From: a virus
Taxonomy: Duplodnaviria > Caudoviricetes
Length of the DNA: 61,833 nt
Strand: one strand, 5' to 3'
IMG/VR virus record: IMGVR_UViG_3300032086_000660
Span: 1 to 61,833 of that record
Made by a program: the position numbers and the translations under genes
The notes under the pieces: model-generated
What the model saw: the letters and a program-made list of their open reading frames with translations, nothing else
Database searches by the model: none
What the model was told of the DNA's origin: nothing
Shown: positions 29,068 through 39,942 of the stretch, piece by piece
Position numbering within the stretch: the first letter of the stretch is position 1
Layout of the letters: each line of letters opens with the position of its first letter

Positions 29068-29975
29068 TAGTAAGCTATTCTTGACCCGCCTACTATACTT
29101 GTGTCGTATAAACCAGCTGAGTCGTGTTCGTTAGTATCAAATGTCCATTCAGTAAGTAAACTGCTTGAATGAGTCTGTGAGCTGTCTGCAATATTACCAC
29201 TATTATAAAGCGTAGTAATCTCAGAAGATGTAAGCACGTCTGTAAATACTTTAAACTCGTCTAAGTCTACATTAGCATTACCAGCAGAAGCTGTAGTGTG
29301 TATGTTCTCACAAAACCTAAACCAGTCTGCACGAGTTGATGTTCTTGTGCCGCTATTCGCAGCCGCTTGAGTAGTCAGTTCAGAGCCATTCCAGTACAGC
29401 TTAAAGGCATTAGAAGCATTAGTCTGAGAGGCGTCATAAGTAAGAGTAAGCATACAGAAGTTGTCTGAGTTTACATTACCACGCTGCCCAGTTGTCCATC
29501 CAGTAGAACTGTTTGTAATGCCAGTTGCAGAGCTGTTGTCGTGTAGTCCGTATTGTCTGTCAAAGTTTACAGAGTTTGTTCTAACACGGCAAAGAAGTCT
29601 GTTGGAACTTGCAATGTACTGCATAAATATACGGTTGTTACCATTGGCTTGTGTGCTACCAAAGTTCCATAGCGTTTCGTTGTTTTTGGTGCTGCTTTTA
29701 ATCCTAACCCAAAAGTTAAATGATAAGTCTTGAGTAGTGTTTATGTCAAAAGGAGTAGCACTTATTTTACCGCCAGTGATGTAGTCATTAGTACCATCGT
29801 TAGAGTAATAGTGACTATTAGTGTATGATGCGTATCCGTAAAACTCTGATATAGCATCTGGTTCAGTAAATCCAGCCGTGTCAGACATAGAGCCAAGAGA
29901 TACGTTGGATAACGATACCCCTTGCTCATTAGCTATCTCCGACATTTTAATCTGTCCACTGGTCTGTAAAGCCAT
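29067..29975 (-). CDS. LamG/concanavalin-A-like lectin domain virion protein
   Basis: DGTNDYI, SFNFWV, LTYD, LDEFKVF..VLTSSEITTLYN; N-terminal MALQTSGQI typical of fibre-tip adhesins. Confidence 0.75.
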   Translation of the reverse strand: MALQTSGQIKMSEIANEQGVSLSNVSLGSMSDTAGFTEPDAISEFYGYASYTNSHYYSNDGTNDYITGGKISATPFDINTTQDLSFNFWVRIKSSTKNNETLWNFGSTQANGNNRIFMQYIASSNRLLCRVRTNSVNFDRQYGLHDNSSATGITNSSTGWTTGQRGNVNSDNFCMLTLTYDASQTNASNAFKLYWNGSELTTQAAANSGTRTSTRADWFRFCENIHTTASAGNANVDLDEFKVFTDVLTSSEITTLYNSGNIADSSQTHSSSLLTEWTFDTNEHDSAGLYDTSIVGGSRIAY

Positions 29976-32900
29976 TATAGTCTGTTTTCTAAGTCAATGA
30001 TACGCTCTTCTAACTGGGCAATAACATCTTGTTGCTCTTTGTTAGCCTCGATAAGAAGACCTACAAGTTTAGCGTAGTCTACACGCTTGGCTGTTGTACC
30101 ATCGAGCAACTCGCCTTCGCTTACTACCTCTGGTACTACTTCTTCAACCTCTTGTGCAATCAAACCGATATCACGCTGTCCTTTGCGCTTTCCGTGATTC
30201 CAAGTATACTCGACACCACGAAGCTGAGAAACCTTCTCAGATGCGCTTTCAATAGTCTGTATGTCGGTCTTTAGTCTGCGGTCAGAGTTTGTAACTGTAG
30301 AGTAAGCTACAACGTCACCGTCTACATCAAGAGTACCAGAATTAGACAGTCTCATATCTAACACACCGTCTAAGTACCAAGCAAAGTTAGTGGTGTTGAA
30401 TGCGAGGAAGTCATTACTATCTCTACCTATGTGCGTAATACCATCACGAAGGTCTGTTTCGATAGAGAATGTACCGCTTGTTAAATCAAGACCAGTACCA
30501 GCAGAATACTGACTGTTTGTAGAGTCGATAGTAATCGTACCGCCAGACTTGTTAACGCTTGTTGCACCACCGCCTACGAGTGTTATAGTTCCAGTAGAGT
30601 GGTCGCCAGTAATACCTACACTTGTTATAGTGTTGTCGTTTGGTGGTATAGTCCACCCACCATCACCGTCAAGATAGTATGTAGCATCGTAGCTATCACC
30701 AGCGGGAACAAGACCCGCAGCATCTCCAGTAAATGAAGAATACTGAGTATCTGTGTAGTTGTCTGCGTGAATATTTTCAGTCTGACTAACAGTCCAGTCA
30801 ATGATAGCGTTACCGCTTGGGATAGTAGGTTTGTTTTTAATAAAGGCGTCACCAGATGTAGCATTCCAATCAGACTGTACGTTAGCTTCTGCATCACTTG
30901 GTGCGTGGGCAGCTTGACTATGTGTATAAGCAGTATCCCATTGACCTACTTTAGCGTTTGTAATAGTGTTTGAGCCACCGCCAAGAGTTAGAACCGAATC
31001 ATCGGTTAGCTTCATTTTTTGATTGGCATTTGTACCGTCATTATCGTGCTTCCACCATTGCCAAGAAGCTGTGCCCGTTGCACTGGTATGAAGCTCAAAC
31101 CTTGTTTGATGGGTAGAACTTCCAGTTTCGTCTTGTCTGTGTATTAAATAAGCAGTGCTGTCATCCGTTCTTACACCCCAGTATTGAGATGTATCTCTAC
31201 CAACTTTAAACTGGGCGGTGCTTGTGGGTTGCGCTCCACCAGAAACTCTTACAACAAGACCAGTATCAGCTACAGCGTGTACAATATCTAAATTACCGCT
31301 TATTGTATCTCCAGAAGCAGAAACAAAGTCTGTTGAAGCGGCAGATGCTGCTGTACCAAGAGTAGGCAAATTGGTGATGTCAGCATCATAATCAATTTGA
31401 TTTAATGTAATTACTTGACCACTTATAGTAAGGTAATCGTATGAACCAGCAAGTGTAACGTCAGTAGAATTATCAGTACCTACTGGGTCGAAGTCTGTAC
31501 CGCTTACTGGTATAGAAGTATCCCCAGCCAAAGCTGTTGTAGAGGTCGTTCCTAATTGCAGAGCGTCAGTAATACCGTAGCCAGAAATAGTTGTAGGCGT
31601 ACTTGTAAGGTCTGAAAATGCTACAGAAGTTAGATATGTAGATGTATCTACACTTACAACACCAGAAGCATTTGTTTTGAGTAAACCAGCTCCGTAATTA
31701 GACAAGGTTAGTGGTTTGGTAATGTTAACCAATTCTGCACTACCGTCTATATTCAAATATGTTGTAAGACCACCAGAGCCATCATCACTACGCAAAGAAA
31801 TATCACCATCGTCTTGAAGGTTTTGAATAACTAAGTTGCCAGTATTGTTTGCAATTCTGCTATATGTACCATCGTGGTAGATTTTTAAATCACTACCACT
31901 ACCAAACCTTGCTTCTACGTTGTCATAGAACAAGAAGTTTTTAGAAAGTTTAGTGGTAGTATCAGAGCCATCAAGTCTAATGTACTCTGTCATTCCACCG
32001 CTACCATCGTCAGTTCTTAAAATAATATCACTATCGTTAGCGTCATTTTGAATGTAAATGTGACCAGTGCTATTTTGAAGAACACTATCTGTTGTGTTGT
32101 GATATATTTGGAAATCTGTGTTTCCTCCAAATGTAGCCTTTACATTGTCTAAAAACAGTGCGGATTTAGAGAACTTATTGTATCCAATACTGCCATCTAT
32201 AGCAAGATACTCTACTACGCCTCCACTACCATTGTCACTTCTAAATATTACATCTTTATCATCCGATGTATTTTGTATAAACAAATGACCAGTCTCATTC
32301 TGAATAACAGTATCTGTACCGTTGTGATACATTTGCAAGTCCGAGCTTGAACCTAAATCAACTCTTACGTTATCGTTGAATTTGATATTACCAGTAACAG
32401 TGTCACCACTAACAGCAACAAAATCTGTTGAAGCTGATGTAGCTGCCGTACCCAATCCTAAGTTAGTACGAGCAGCAGATGCACTTGATGCACCAGTACC
32501 ACCGTTGGCTATAGACAAGTCTGTACCAGACCAATCTGAGTTACTGATAGCCAGTGTACCACCAAGAGTGAGGTTGCCCGTTGAGGTTACTGTACCAGTT
32601 AGGGTGAGTCCATTTACAGTACCAGTACCACCTACAGATGTTACCGTACCACTACCTCCACTTGCTACTGTAGTAAAAGACAGTGTGCCATTACCATCTG
32701 TTGTAAGCACTTGTCCGTTTGTACCGTCAGTAACGTTAAGTTCGGAAATACCTACAGAGTTAGCAGCAATAGAAGTTAGGTATGTATTGTTAGAGTCAAA
32801 CTTGGTTGTACCTCCAGCAACAATTCTTACTCTATTTGTATCAAACTGAATGTTTGTATCAGTATCGCCACTATGAATGATGTCATCAAGAACATACATA

Positions 32901-34015
32901 TTGGTAGCTTTTGCGTTACCGCTTACATGAAGAGTTTCATCTGGGGAAGAAGTTCCTATACCTACCCTTCCGTTAGTTAGGATGTGTAGTTTTGAAGAAT
33001 CATTTGCTCCAAGATAGAGAGGGTGATTTGATGTAGAACCAAGAAACATAAACCCACTTGAATTTGGATTAAATGTACCTTCTTGTGTGCCATTTGACAC
33101 TTCAAATTTATATGTAGGATTAGTTACACCAATACCTACATTACCACCAGTAGTGATAGTCATTCTTTCCGTGTTACCACCAGCACCTAATGCAAGTCTA
33201 TTTCCAGAAAGACCGTATACCATTGCACGACCAGTATCCCAAGACAATCTACCAGCAGTAGCTGAGGACCCCCAATATACAGTTCCGTCATCATCAAGTC
33301 TAATCTTACTTGCTACGGTAAACTCATCGTCAGTCTTTAAGACATTAGCTGCACTACGATATATATTAGTGTCACCGCTTTGACCAAACTTTAGTTTACC
33401 GTCTGTATCAAACTGCCAAGTATTTCTATCTGCCCAAGCTGTACTATTGTTTGGAAAAGAGTGAATAATAGCACCGCCCTCTGCACCAAGAATTACTCTC
33501 TCGTTACCAGCAGCGTGGTTTGCGTTTAGAGTAGCACCTACATCACCACCGACAATCATTGTAGTGTCATCGTGACCAAATGTAATAGCACCGTTTGCAG
33601 AACGTCTCTCAAGAATAGTCTGTCCGTCAAACTTGATTAGCACACCCGTGTCTGGAGTATAATCAATAGTACCACCAGTACCGATAGTCATAGTAGACGT
33701 AAGGCTCATACCATTATTTATGGTTGGATTGTATAGGTTTAGCGTAGTATCCGATGAACCAACAGTAAGTGTAACAGTACCTCCATCTTCACCTTTGATG
33801 GATGCGTTCTGCTCAAACAAAAGGTCTACAGAGTTCACACCATCACCGATGTATACATCACCTCCAGCATCACCGAATAATACATTACCGACAGCATTCG
33901 TAATAACGAGGTCGTTGCCATCCATTTCAATCTTTCCAGCGTCTGTACCAGCACTGGTCTGAAACTGAATAGGTTGCTTTGTAGTTAAGTCTGTTAGAAA
34001 TCTAATTCCAGCCAT
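29975..34015 (-). CDS. Long tail fibre with C-terminal intramolecular chaperone (peptidase S74)
   Basis: GNVGIG repeats; C-terminal SDRRLKTDI...GLIAQEVEEVVPEVV...VDYAKL followed by a coiled coil. Confidence 0.85.
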   Translation of the reverse strand: MAGIRFLTDLTTKQPIQFQTSAGTDAGKIEMDGNDLVITNAVGNVLFGDAGGDVYIGDGVNSVDLLFEQNASIKGEDGGTVTLTVGSSDTTLNLYNPTINNGMSLTSTMTIGTGGTIDYTPDTGVLIKFDGQTILERRSANGAITFGHDDTTMIVGGDVGATLNANHAAGNERVILGAEGGAIIHSFPNNSTAWADRNTWQFDTDGKLKFGQSGDTNIYRSAANVLKTDDEFTVASKIRLDDDGTVYWGSSATAGRLSWDTGRAMVYGLSGNRLALGAGGNTERMTITTGGNVGIGVTNPTYKFEVSNGTQEGTFNPNSSGFMFLGSTSNHPLYLGANDSSKLHILTNGRVGIGTSSPDETLHVSGNAKATNMYVLDDIIHSGDTDTNIQFDTNRVRIVAGGTTKFDSNNTYLTSIAANSVGISELNVTDGTNGQVLTTDGNGTLSFTTVASGGSGTVTSVGGTGTVNGLTLTGTVTSTGNLTLGGTLAISNSDWSGTDLSIANGGTGASSASAARTNLGLGTAATSASTDFVAVSGDTVTGNIKFNDNVRVDLGSSSDLQMYHNGTDTVIQNETGHLFIQNTSDDKDVIFRSDNGSGGVVEYLAIDGSIGYNKFSKSALFLDNVKATFGGNTDFQIYHNTTDSVLQNSTGHIYIQNDANDSDIILRTDDGSGGMTEYIRLDGSDTTTKLSKNFLFYDNVEARFGSGSDLKIYHDGTYSRIANNTGNLVIQNLQDDGDISLRSDDGSGGLTTYLNIDGSAELVNITKPLTLSNYGAGLLKTNASGVVSVDTSTYLTSVAFSDLTSTPTTISGYGITDALQLGTTSTTALAGDTSIPVSGTDFDPVGTDNSTDVTLAGSYDYLTISGQVITLNQIDYDADITNLPTLGTAASAASTDFVSASGDTISGNLDIVHAVADTGLVVRVSGGAQPTSTAQFKVGRDTSQYWGVRTDDSTAYLIHRQDETGSSTHQTRFELHTSATGTASWQWWKHDNDGTNANQKMKLTDDSVLTLGGGSNTITNAKVGQWDTAYTHSQAAHAPSDAEANVQSDWNATSGDAFIKNKPTIPSGNAIIDWTVSQTENIHADNYTDTQYSSFTGDAAGLVPAGDSYDATYYLDGDGGWTIPPNDNTITSVGITGDHSTGTITLVGGGATSVNKSGGTITIDSTNSQYSAGTGLDLTSGTFSIETDLRDGITHIGRDSNDFLAFNTTNFAWYLDGVLDMRLSNSGTLDVDGDVVAYSTVTNSDRRLKTDIQTIESASEKVSQLRGVEYTWNHGKRKGQRDIGLIAQEVEEVVPEVVSEGELLDGTTAKRVDYAKLVGLLIEANKEQQDVIAQLEERIIDLENRL

Positions 34016-34018
34016 ATG

Positions 34019-36562
34019 TTATAGTCTTGTACCTCCAATACGTTTTTTGCTTGAAGGAGTAAATGATGTTCTTTTTTCTACTTTATTTTTAGATGCACGA
34101 CCTATTGTCGGGATTGCTGATGACTTATCAAAGTACACCTCTGGGTCTTCAAAGTAAAACAATTCTTGTCTACCATTAGATGAAGCCCCCGCAATACCAT
34201 ATACGAGAAAGTAACCCTTATCTTGTGCAGCAATAGTCATCTGCTTTGTTTGATGTATACCTTGAGAACCAGAATCAAAGTAATTAGTCTGTATAAACCC
34301 AGCCAAAGGGTTTTTAGCGTTTGTGCTGTTTACAGTGCTTGTCTGACCAGTATAGTTTGTGTGCCATCTACCTTGATGATATCCACCATAGTGGGGACGT
34401 GCAAACATAAACGGATAGCTGTACGAGCCAGTTTTCGGTGATTTAAGCTTTGCAGAAATGCGAACTGTTGTAGCTGCTGGTACATATATCTTTTCACCAA
34501 ACCATAGGTAGCTGCTTTCTGTACCAACTACCACCCAATCGTTTCCTAAATCGTTGTTTTGATATCTCCATTGAGAACCCCACGCTTGAGCAGTTAAGTC
34601 GTACTCAAAGTTATGCTCGTAGGACTGCTGGAACATATACTTTCCAGTGGTTCTGTGATATTGACCTCTACCGTCATCACCACCGTACACACTATAATCG
34701 TTAGCCCATACCTCTCCAGCTTTTCCAGTAAAGACATCTTTAACCCATCTGTTTTTAAAGTACGAATCTAACCAGTTTATCTCACCGCTACCCACACCGT
34801 TGTAAGGTATATCTGCTCTAAATCCGTCACAATACCAACGCTCATAAACAGCACCATTACCTTGATAGTAAGCGTAAAAGAATCTTTGCTCGTGGTTTAG
34901 CAGTATATGATGTCTTACCTTATTAGAACCTTCTCTGTTGTGATGCCATAATGTTCCGTAATCATCACTTCTTGTGTAGTAGTTGTATGCCCACTCACAG
35001 TGAGGCTCGTATCCAGCATCATTGTAAAAGGTAGTGTAATTAGAACGGGTAGCATAGTTATTATACCACTTTAAGTTGTGTTGTGACGACCAGTTCCAAT
35101 AGTTGTAGCTACCAATATTGTATACACAGTTGTTTCTTACCACAAGCCCGTGAGGATGTCGTGTAGTAAGACCAGTGTACGATGTCTTGTAGTTACAGTT
35201 ATCTATTACAATTCCTTGAACCTTAGATTGAAACTGATTACGATTATCAGAACTTCCGTCTTCGTATGCGCTATTGTATCCAGCAAACATTACACCTCTG
35301 TAGTAGGTGCTTTTTGTGTTACCGCCCCATTGTGTAAACCTCAAATTCTTCAAAGAGATATGGCGTGTTCTACAATTGCTGTAGTCAGTCCAATACTCAA
35401 TGTACATAAAAGGACGTGTGTTGCTGTTATTGTCAACACCCTTAACAGTAAAGTGTCTTGTGAGAATGTTTACCAACGAACCTTTGAAATGCTTGTGCCT
35501 TACTTGGTCGTCAAGCGTAAGAGTATTACCAGACTTAGCTGTGACGTTGTACTCAGTATCGTAGTCCCAGTTCGTGTCATTGTTGTTAGCATCAATAATA
35601 ATAGTGTCCCCTACAGATATATCACTTGCGTTTCCTACTGTAATTTGATTACTACTATCTACAGTTGTTACAGCAGTAGTCAGTGTGGTTGCACATCGTT
35701 CTATTCTGTCACCCGACTCGTGTTCTTTTTCAGCACCAGTCTGATACAGAGTCTGACCTACATTAGCAGATGCGAAACTAACACTCATAGTGAGCTTGTG
35801 AGACTTGTAATCAATCTCGTTTACAGTAGCCACCTTTCTGCTTGAGCCAGTACCGCAGATTAGCTTATATCCTTTTCTAAAAACCTTTGCGTTTTCTACA
35901 TAAACAGTGCTTCCAGAAACCTTAGTAATGTCTGATTTAGGGGCTACGAACTGTCTAATGTAAATTCTGTTGTTTGTAGTATCTACATCGTGTATCCAAA
36001 AACCCTCATCACCAGTAACACGATTGTCTTGATTCCCATCTCTAAATATAGCTATCCAATCTTCTGCTGCAAAGTTTGACGCACTTGAAACGGTAATGTA
36101 TGCATCGTCAATATTAACTTTTGCTGTTGTAGTTATATTCAGTCTTTTATAGTCTGCCTCAAGCTTCATAGAAGCAAAGCGTTCATTTTCTACCCAGATG
36201 CCGTGCTGGTCATCGTTAGTACCTCTAACCTCAAGTAACATATTGTTACCGCTTGAAGAGAACAACCCAGCTGTTGCTGAATTACCTTTAGTAAACCAAG
36301 CACCGCCACTTACATTCCAAGCAGCAGTGTTGTAACCACGAACTGTAATACGACCATTAAGTCTAAACTTTCCGTTTGTTTCAAACTTTAAGTGCCCATA
36401 CACTTGTATGTCTCCATACCCGTTAGTAGGTCGCAAGTCTGAGTTTACAACAACCTCGTGACCACGATTGATAGTAAACGTGTCTCCATCGCTTGGTGCT
36501 GTTCCGCCCCAAGTTGATGCAGAGCTAAAATTACCGCTTTGTGTTGATGATAATGCAGCCAT
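34019..36562 (-). CDS. Tail-associated protein with G8-like N-terminus and beta-helix region
   Basis: SGNFSSASTWGG..PSDGDTFTINRGHEV start; Asn/Tyr/Trp-rich beta repeats. Confidence 0.55.
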   Translation of the reverse strand: MAALSSTQSGNFSSASTWGGTAPSDGDTFTINRGHEVVVNSDLRPTNGYGDIQVYGHLKFETNGKFRLNGRITVRGYNTAAWNVSGGAWFTKGNSATAGLFSSSGNNMLLEVRGTNDDQHGIWVENERFASMKLEADYKRLNITTTAKVNIDDAYITVSSASNFAAEDWIAIFRDGNQDNRVTGDEGFWIHDVDTTNNRIYIRQFVAPKSDITKVSGSTVYVENAKVFRKGYKLICGTGSSRKVATVNEIDYKSHKLTMSVSFASANVGQTLYQTGAEKEHESGDRIERCATTLTTAVTTVDSSNQITVGNASDISVGDTIIIDANNNDTNWDYDTEYNVTAKSGNTLTLDDQVRHKHFKGSLVNILTRHFTVKGVDNNSNTRPFMYIEYWTDYSNCRTRHISLKNLRFTQWGGNTKSTYYRGVMFAGYNSAYEDGSSDNRNQFQSKVQGIVIDNCNYKTSYTGLTTRHPHGLVVRNNCVYNIGSYNYWNWSSQHNLKWYNNYATRSNYTTFYNDAGYEPHCEWAYNYYTRSDDYGTLWHHNREGSNKVRHHILLNHEQRFFYAYYQGNGAVYERWYCDGFRADIPYNGVGSGEINWLDSYFKNRWVKDVFTGKAGEVWANDYSVYGGDDGRGQYHRTTGKYMFQQSYEHNFEYDLTAQAWGSQWRYQNNDLGNDWVVVGTESSYLWFGEKIYVPAATTVRISAKLKSPKTGSYSYPFMFARPHYGGYHQGRWHTNYTGQTSTVNSTNAKNPLAGFIQTNYFDSGSQGIHQTKQMTIAAQDKGYFLVYGIAGASSNGRQELFYFEDPEVYFDKSSAIPTIGRASKNKVEKRTSFTPSSKKRIGGTRL

Positions 36563-36741
36563 TAGTCTGTAGGTAGTTCGTTAATCTGCTCGTAAACGCT
36601 TGTATCAATGGCTACTTCAAAACTTACATTAGAAGAATTGTCGTCTGTTGCATTATCGTTTACAGATACATCTATGGAAGATATATCAGAAGAAACAGTA
36701 ATCTCTCCAGTTACCTTATCGTAGTTTACGCTTAATATCAT
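36562..36741 (-). CDS. hypothetical protein
   Basis: Start moved to MILSVN, downstream of the TATCTTTG box at 36761-36768. Confidence 0.5.
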   Translation of the reverse strand: MILSVNYDKVTGEITVSSDISSIDVSVNDNATDDNSSNVSFEVAIDTSVYEQINELPTD

Positions 36742-36760
36742 TGATATACATTTTGTTCCA

Positions 36761-36803
36761 CAAAGATAAAAAAAAGAGGGGTGCAGTCTGAACCACACCC
36801 CTC
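36761..36803 (-). promoter_or_regulatory. Terminator fused to a TATCTTTG promoter box
   Basis: GAGGGGTG...CACCCCTC-T7-ATCTTTG on the minus strand. Confidence 0.7.
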
Positions 36804-36824
36804 GTATATTAGTCTAAGTCTGTA

Positions 36825-39053
36825 TTAGTCAATCTTAGTAACCAAGATGATAATATCATTTGCAGCTGGAGCAGTGTTAAAGTCCACTGTTACCGTACTT
36901 GCATCTGTTCTAACAACTTGAGCGTATACAGTCTCATAGCTTGATGCATCGTACATCTGAACCATTACGTCACGAGTACCGAGACCGTGAGATACTGCAA
37001 TGCTTGTAGCAGAGCCATCACCAATCGTTCCTTTGTAAGAACGAGCAGCTAAACCAGCTGGTGTTACAGCTCTCGTAGAGTCTGTACCAGCGAGTGCCTC
37101 AGCAGCAGTTGCAAGTTCAACGATACCCTTGTTAGATGCAGAAGCAGTTTCACCGCTTACGGTAAACACACCACTCGATACAGATACATCAATACCGTCA
37201 CCAGCAGCTACTCTTGCACGACCAATTGCAGAAGCTGTTGCAGTATCTACTACGAAGTCTAACTCGTTGTTAGCGTCATCGTATGTAACAGTGATACCAG
37301 TCTCTGTGTTACCAGTAACCATCTCACCAACGTAGTCTTGTACAGTTTCTTTAGAAAGCTGAGTGTTGGTGTTTGTAGCACTAATAGTAGTACCAGAGAT
37401 AGTAAGGTTTGAGCCGATGTCCAACCATTTGAATGCACCAGCAGAATCATCCCAGAATGCGATGCGGTCATCGTTAGGGTCTGCAAGAGACTCAAGACCT
37501 AAGTGGCTAAGAGATACAGCATCTGCGGCAACCGAGATACCAGTACCAGCACCTACATGAAGAGTCTTAGAGAATGCACCGCTTGAAGCAGTACCACCGC
37601 CAGTCAAACCATTACCAGCCGTTACAGTTACAGCGGTAATATCACCAGAGTTGTTTGAGTATTCAGAAGAGATTGGAATGTTGTAGTAAGTAGAACCATC
37701 ATTCGTAAACTCCCATCTGTCGTTTGTCTCGTTCCAACGGAACAATACGTTTGTAGAGTTACCACGCTCAACTTCAAGACCAGCGTTTTCTGTAGGTGTT
37801 GCTGCTGCGTTGCTGTTCAACAACAAGATATTGTCATTGAATGTAACAGTCTCTGAAGTGGTAGTAAACGAACCACCATCAATTTGCAGTGTACCACGAA
37901 TTACAACCGTAGTATCGTCATCAGCATCACCAATGTATACTGTATCTGCACTTGTAAACTGAGCCAATCTTGATTTCAAGTTAGCTACACTTACATCTGT
38001 ATCGGTGTTTGTAGTTTTAGCAGTCCAAGAGAACGAGCCGTCACCGTCTGAAGTCAACACTTGACCAGAAGAACCATTGCTACCTACGTTAAGCTCAGAA
38101 GCTCCTACAGCGTTTGCAGCAATCTCTGAAGAGCCAACTGCGTTAGCATCAATCTGAGCAGCTCCTACGCTATTCAGTGTAGCAAGAGTACCAAGACCTA
38201 AGTTTGTACGAGCTGTTGAAGCATCACTTGCGCCAGTACCACCATTTGCAATAGCAAGGTCAGCACCACTCCAGTCAGCGTTGCTAATAGCAAGTGTACC
38301 GCCAAGAGTTAAGCTACCGCTTGATGTTACACTTCCAGTAAGAGTAAGACCGTTCTTAGTACCAGTACCGCTTACACTTGTTACTGTACCAGTAGTGGTA
38401 GAGAAGTTAGCGTCGTTGTTGAAGATACTCAATGGAATCTCACTCGCAGCTTTACGCTTCTGAGATGATGCGTCCAATACAACAAACTCATCTGTAGCAA
38501 CCATCGCTTGAGTCATATCTGTCAATTCAGATAGGTCTACATTGATAGAGATAGTTCCAGATGTAGTAATAGGGTTAGTACCGCCTATGTCAATTAGGTT
38601 ACCAGCAGAAAGCTGTACAGACGTTACCGTACCAGTGTTTGTTGTGTATCCAAGACCAGTTACCCAGTCGTATACATCGTTACCAGTTACAAGCGTAGTA
38701 GCACCGTTGGTTACACCAGCAGTTTTAGCTTGTACCGTGTCAGATACAATTTCGATTGTTGTGCTGTCTACGTTTACGTTTAGTGTAACAGCTCCAGATG
38801 TACCACCACCAGTAAGACCACTTCCAGCAGTTACCGCTGTGATGTCACCAGTTGTAGTAGATAGAGTCTGCCACGAGCTACCGTTGTAGAACTTAATCGC
38901 ATCAATATCTGAGCGATAAATCATACGACCCTCGAAGTTACCACTCGTAGGGTCAGCAGTTACAACTTGAAAGCGTGAGTCGATTAACTGACCTTGATTG
39001 AGGTCAATGTTACCGTCTACGTTTAAGTTACTTAAAAATTTTACTTCAGCCAT
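36825..39053 (-). CDS. Tail fibre protein
   Basis: GDITAVTAG repeats, ANGGTGAS..ARTNLGLG, and KGIVELAT...AVTP fibre motifs. Confidence 0.8.
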   Translation of the reverse strand: MAEVKFLSNLNVDGNIDLNQGQLIDSRFQVVTADPTSGNFEGRMIYRSDIDAIKFYNGSSWQTLSTTTGDITAVTAGSGLTGGGTSGAVTLNVNVDSTTIEIVSDTVQAKTAGVTNGATTLVTGNDVYDWVTGLGYTTNTGTVTSVQLSAGNLIDIGGTNPITTSGTISINVDLSELTDMTQAMVATDEFVVLDASSQKRKAASEIPLSIFNNDANFSTTTGTVTSVSGTGTKNGLTLTGSVTSSGSLTLGGTLAISNADWSGADLAIANGGTGASDASTARTNLGLGTLATLNSVGAAQIDANAVGSSEIAANAVGASELNVGSNGSSGQVLTSDGDGSFSWTAKTTNTDTDVSVANLKSRLAQFTSADTVYIGDADDDTTVVIRGTLQIDGGSFTTTSETVTFNDNILLLNSNAAATPTENAGLEVERGNSTNVLFRWNETNDRWEFTNDGSTYYNIPISSEYSNNSGDITAVTVTAGNGLTGGGTASSGAFSKTLHVGAGTGISVAADAVSLSHLGLESLADPNDDRIAFWDDSAGAFKWLDIGSNLTISGTTISATNTNTQLSKETVQDYVGEMVTGNTETGITVTYDDANNELDFVVDTATASAIGRARVAAGDGIDVSVSSGVFTVSGETASASNKGIVELATAAEALAGTDSTRAVTPAGLAARSYKGTIGDGSATSIAVSHGLGTRDVMVQMYDASSYETVYAQVVRTDASTVTVDFNTAPAANDIIILVTKID

Positions 39054-39054
39054 A

Positions 39055-39375
39055 TTAGTTCATATACGCCTTCCCACTCGTAGGGGCAGACAAGGTTATT
39101 GTTAAAGAATTATTATCTGTATACGACACAGCTCCATACAAAACTGTATCTGCACTATCTACGACAGTAACGGCTGGTTTCTTGCCGAGATTGTGTGTTA
39201 CACTCCAAGTATCAGAAACAGAGTTCTGATTGTGGGTATAGTGAGAGTCCTTAGTAGAAATCACACCAGCAATCGCTACATTGATTTCTGGTTGACTAAT
39301 CTTAGCTGTGGTTACCTTAGTGGTAACTCCTCCAATCTTTACAGAGTCTCCGCTATTTACTTCTATATTACTCAC
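39055..39375 (-). CDS. Small structural protein
   Basis: W.VTHNLGKKPAVTVVDS motif, similar to the C-terminus of the adjacent fibre. Confidence 0.6.
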   Translation of the reverse strand: MSNIEVNSGDSVKIGGVTTKVTTAKISQPEINVAIAGVISTKDSHYTHNQNSVSDTWSVTHNLGKKPAVTVVDSADTVLYGAVSYTDNNSLTITLSAPTSGKAYMN

Positions 39376-39727
39376 TTACGTCTTCGTTGATTTTAAAGAT
39401 TCCGTATACCCAAGTTTTTACCGTGCCACTATTTGTAGACTGCAAGTCATACACATAGAGACCGCCAGATACAGCAGCCATAGTAGCAGCAGTTGCTGTA
39501 ACTGTAAGCTCACCATCTGAGTTTCCAGAGTAAGTGAAGCTTGAATCTCCAATAATATCAGAAGAAGAGGTGTCTGTTTCTTTGACATCCATCTTCCAAG
39601 TATAGCTCGTTAGGTCAATGGCATCACCATCGTCATCAGTAAAGGTGAACTCCAACTTGAACGTGTCTCCTCTGCGACAAGTAATATCTACTCTCGTAGC
39701 TGTATCTAAGTTAATCTGTGTTGCCAT
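39368..39727 (-). CDS. Baseplate/fibre-attachment domain protein
   Basis: RGDTF...IDLTSY...YVYDLQ...G.F.I pattern. Confidence 0.6.
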   Translation of the reverse strand: MATQINLDTATRVDITCRRGDTFKLEFTFTDDDGDAIDLTSYTWKMDVKETDTSSSDIIGDSSFTYSGNSDGELTVTATAATMAAVSGGLYVYDLQSTNSGTVKTWVYGIFKINEDVSE

Positions 39728-39942
39728 TATTCTAAATCTTCTACCCAGTCATCTGAGTTGTCATACATATATTTTTGAGCTTCGTCCTTACCAATAAAAT
39801 ACTGAGTATGAGTATCAGTAAGTGGAGTTCCAGAAGCCAGTTGCACAATGTGCATATCACCGTCTAAGTTAGACTTAGTTGCACCAGTGTAGTCCGCTGT
39901 AGTTCTTGAGTCATATTGACTCTGTGTCATTAGTACATACAT
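39727..39942 (-). CDS. hypothetical protein
   Basis: Coupled to both neighbours. Confidence 0.55.
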   Translation of the reverse strand: MYVLMTQSQYDSRTTADYTGATKSNLDGDMHIVQLASGTPLTDTHTQYFIGKDEAQKYMYDNSDDWVEDLE

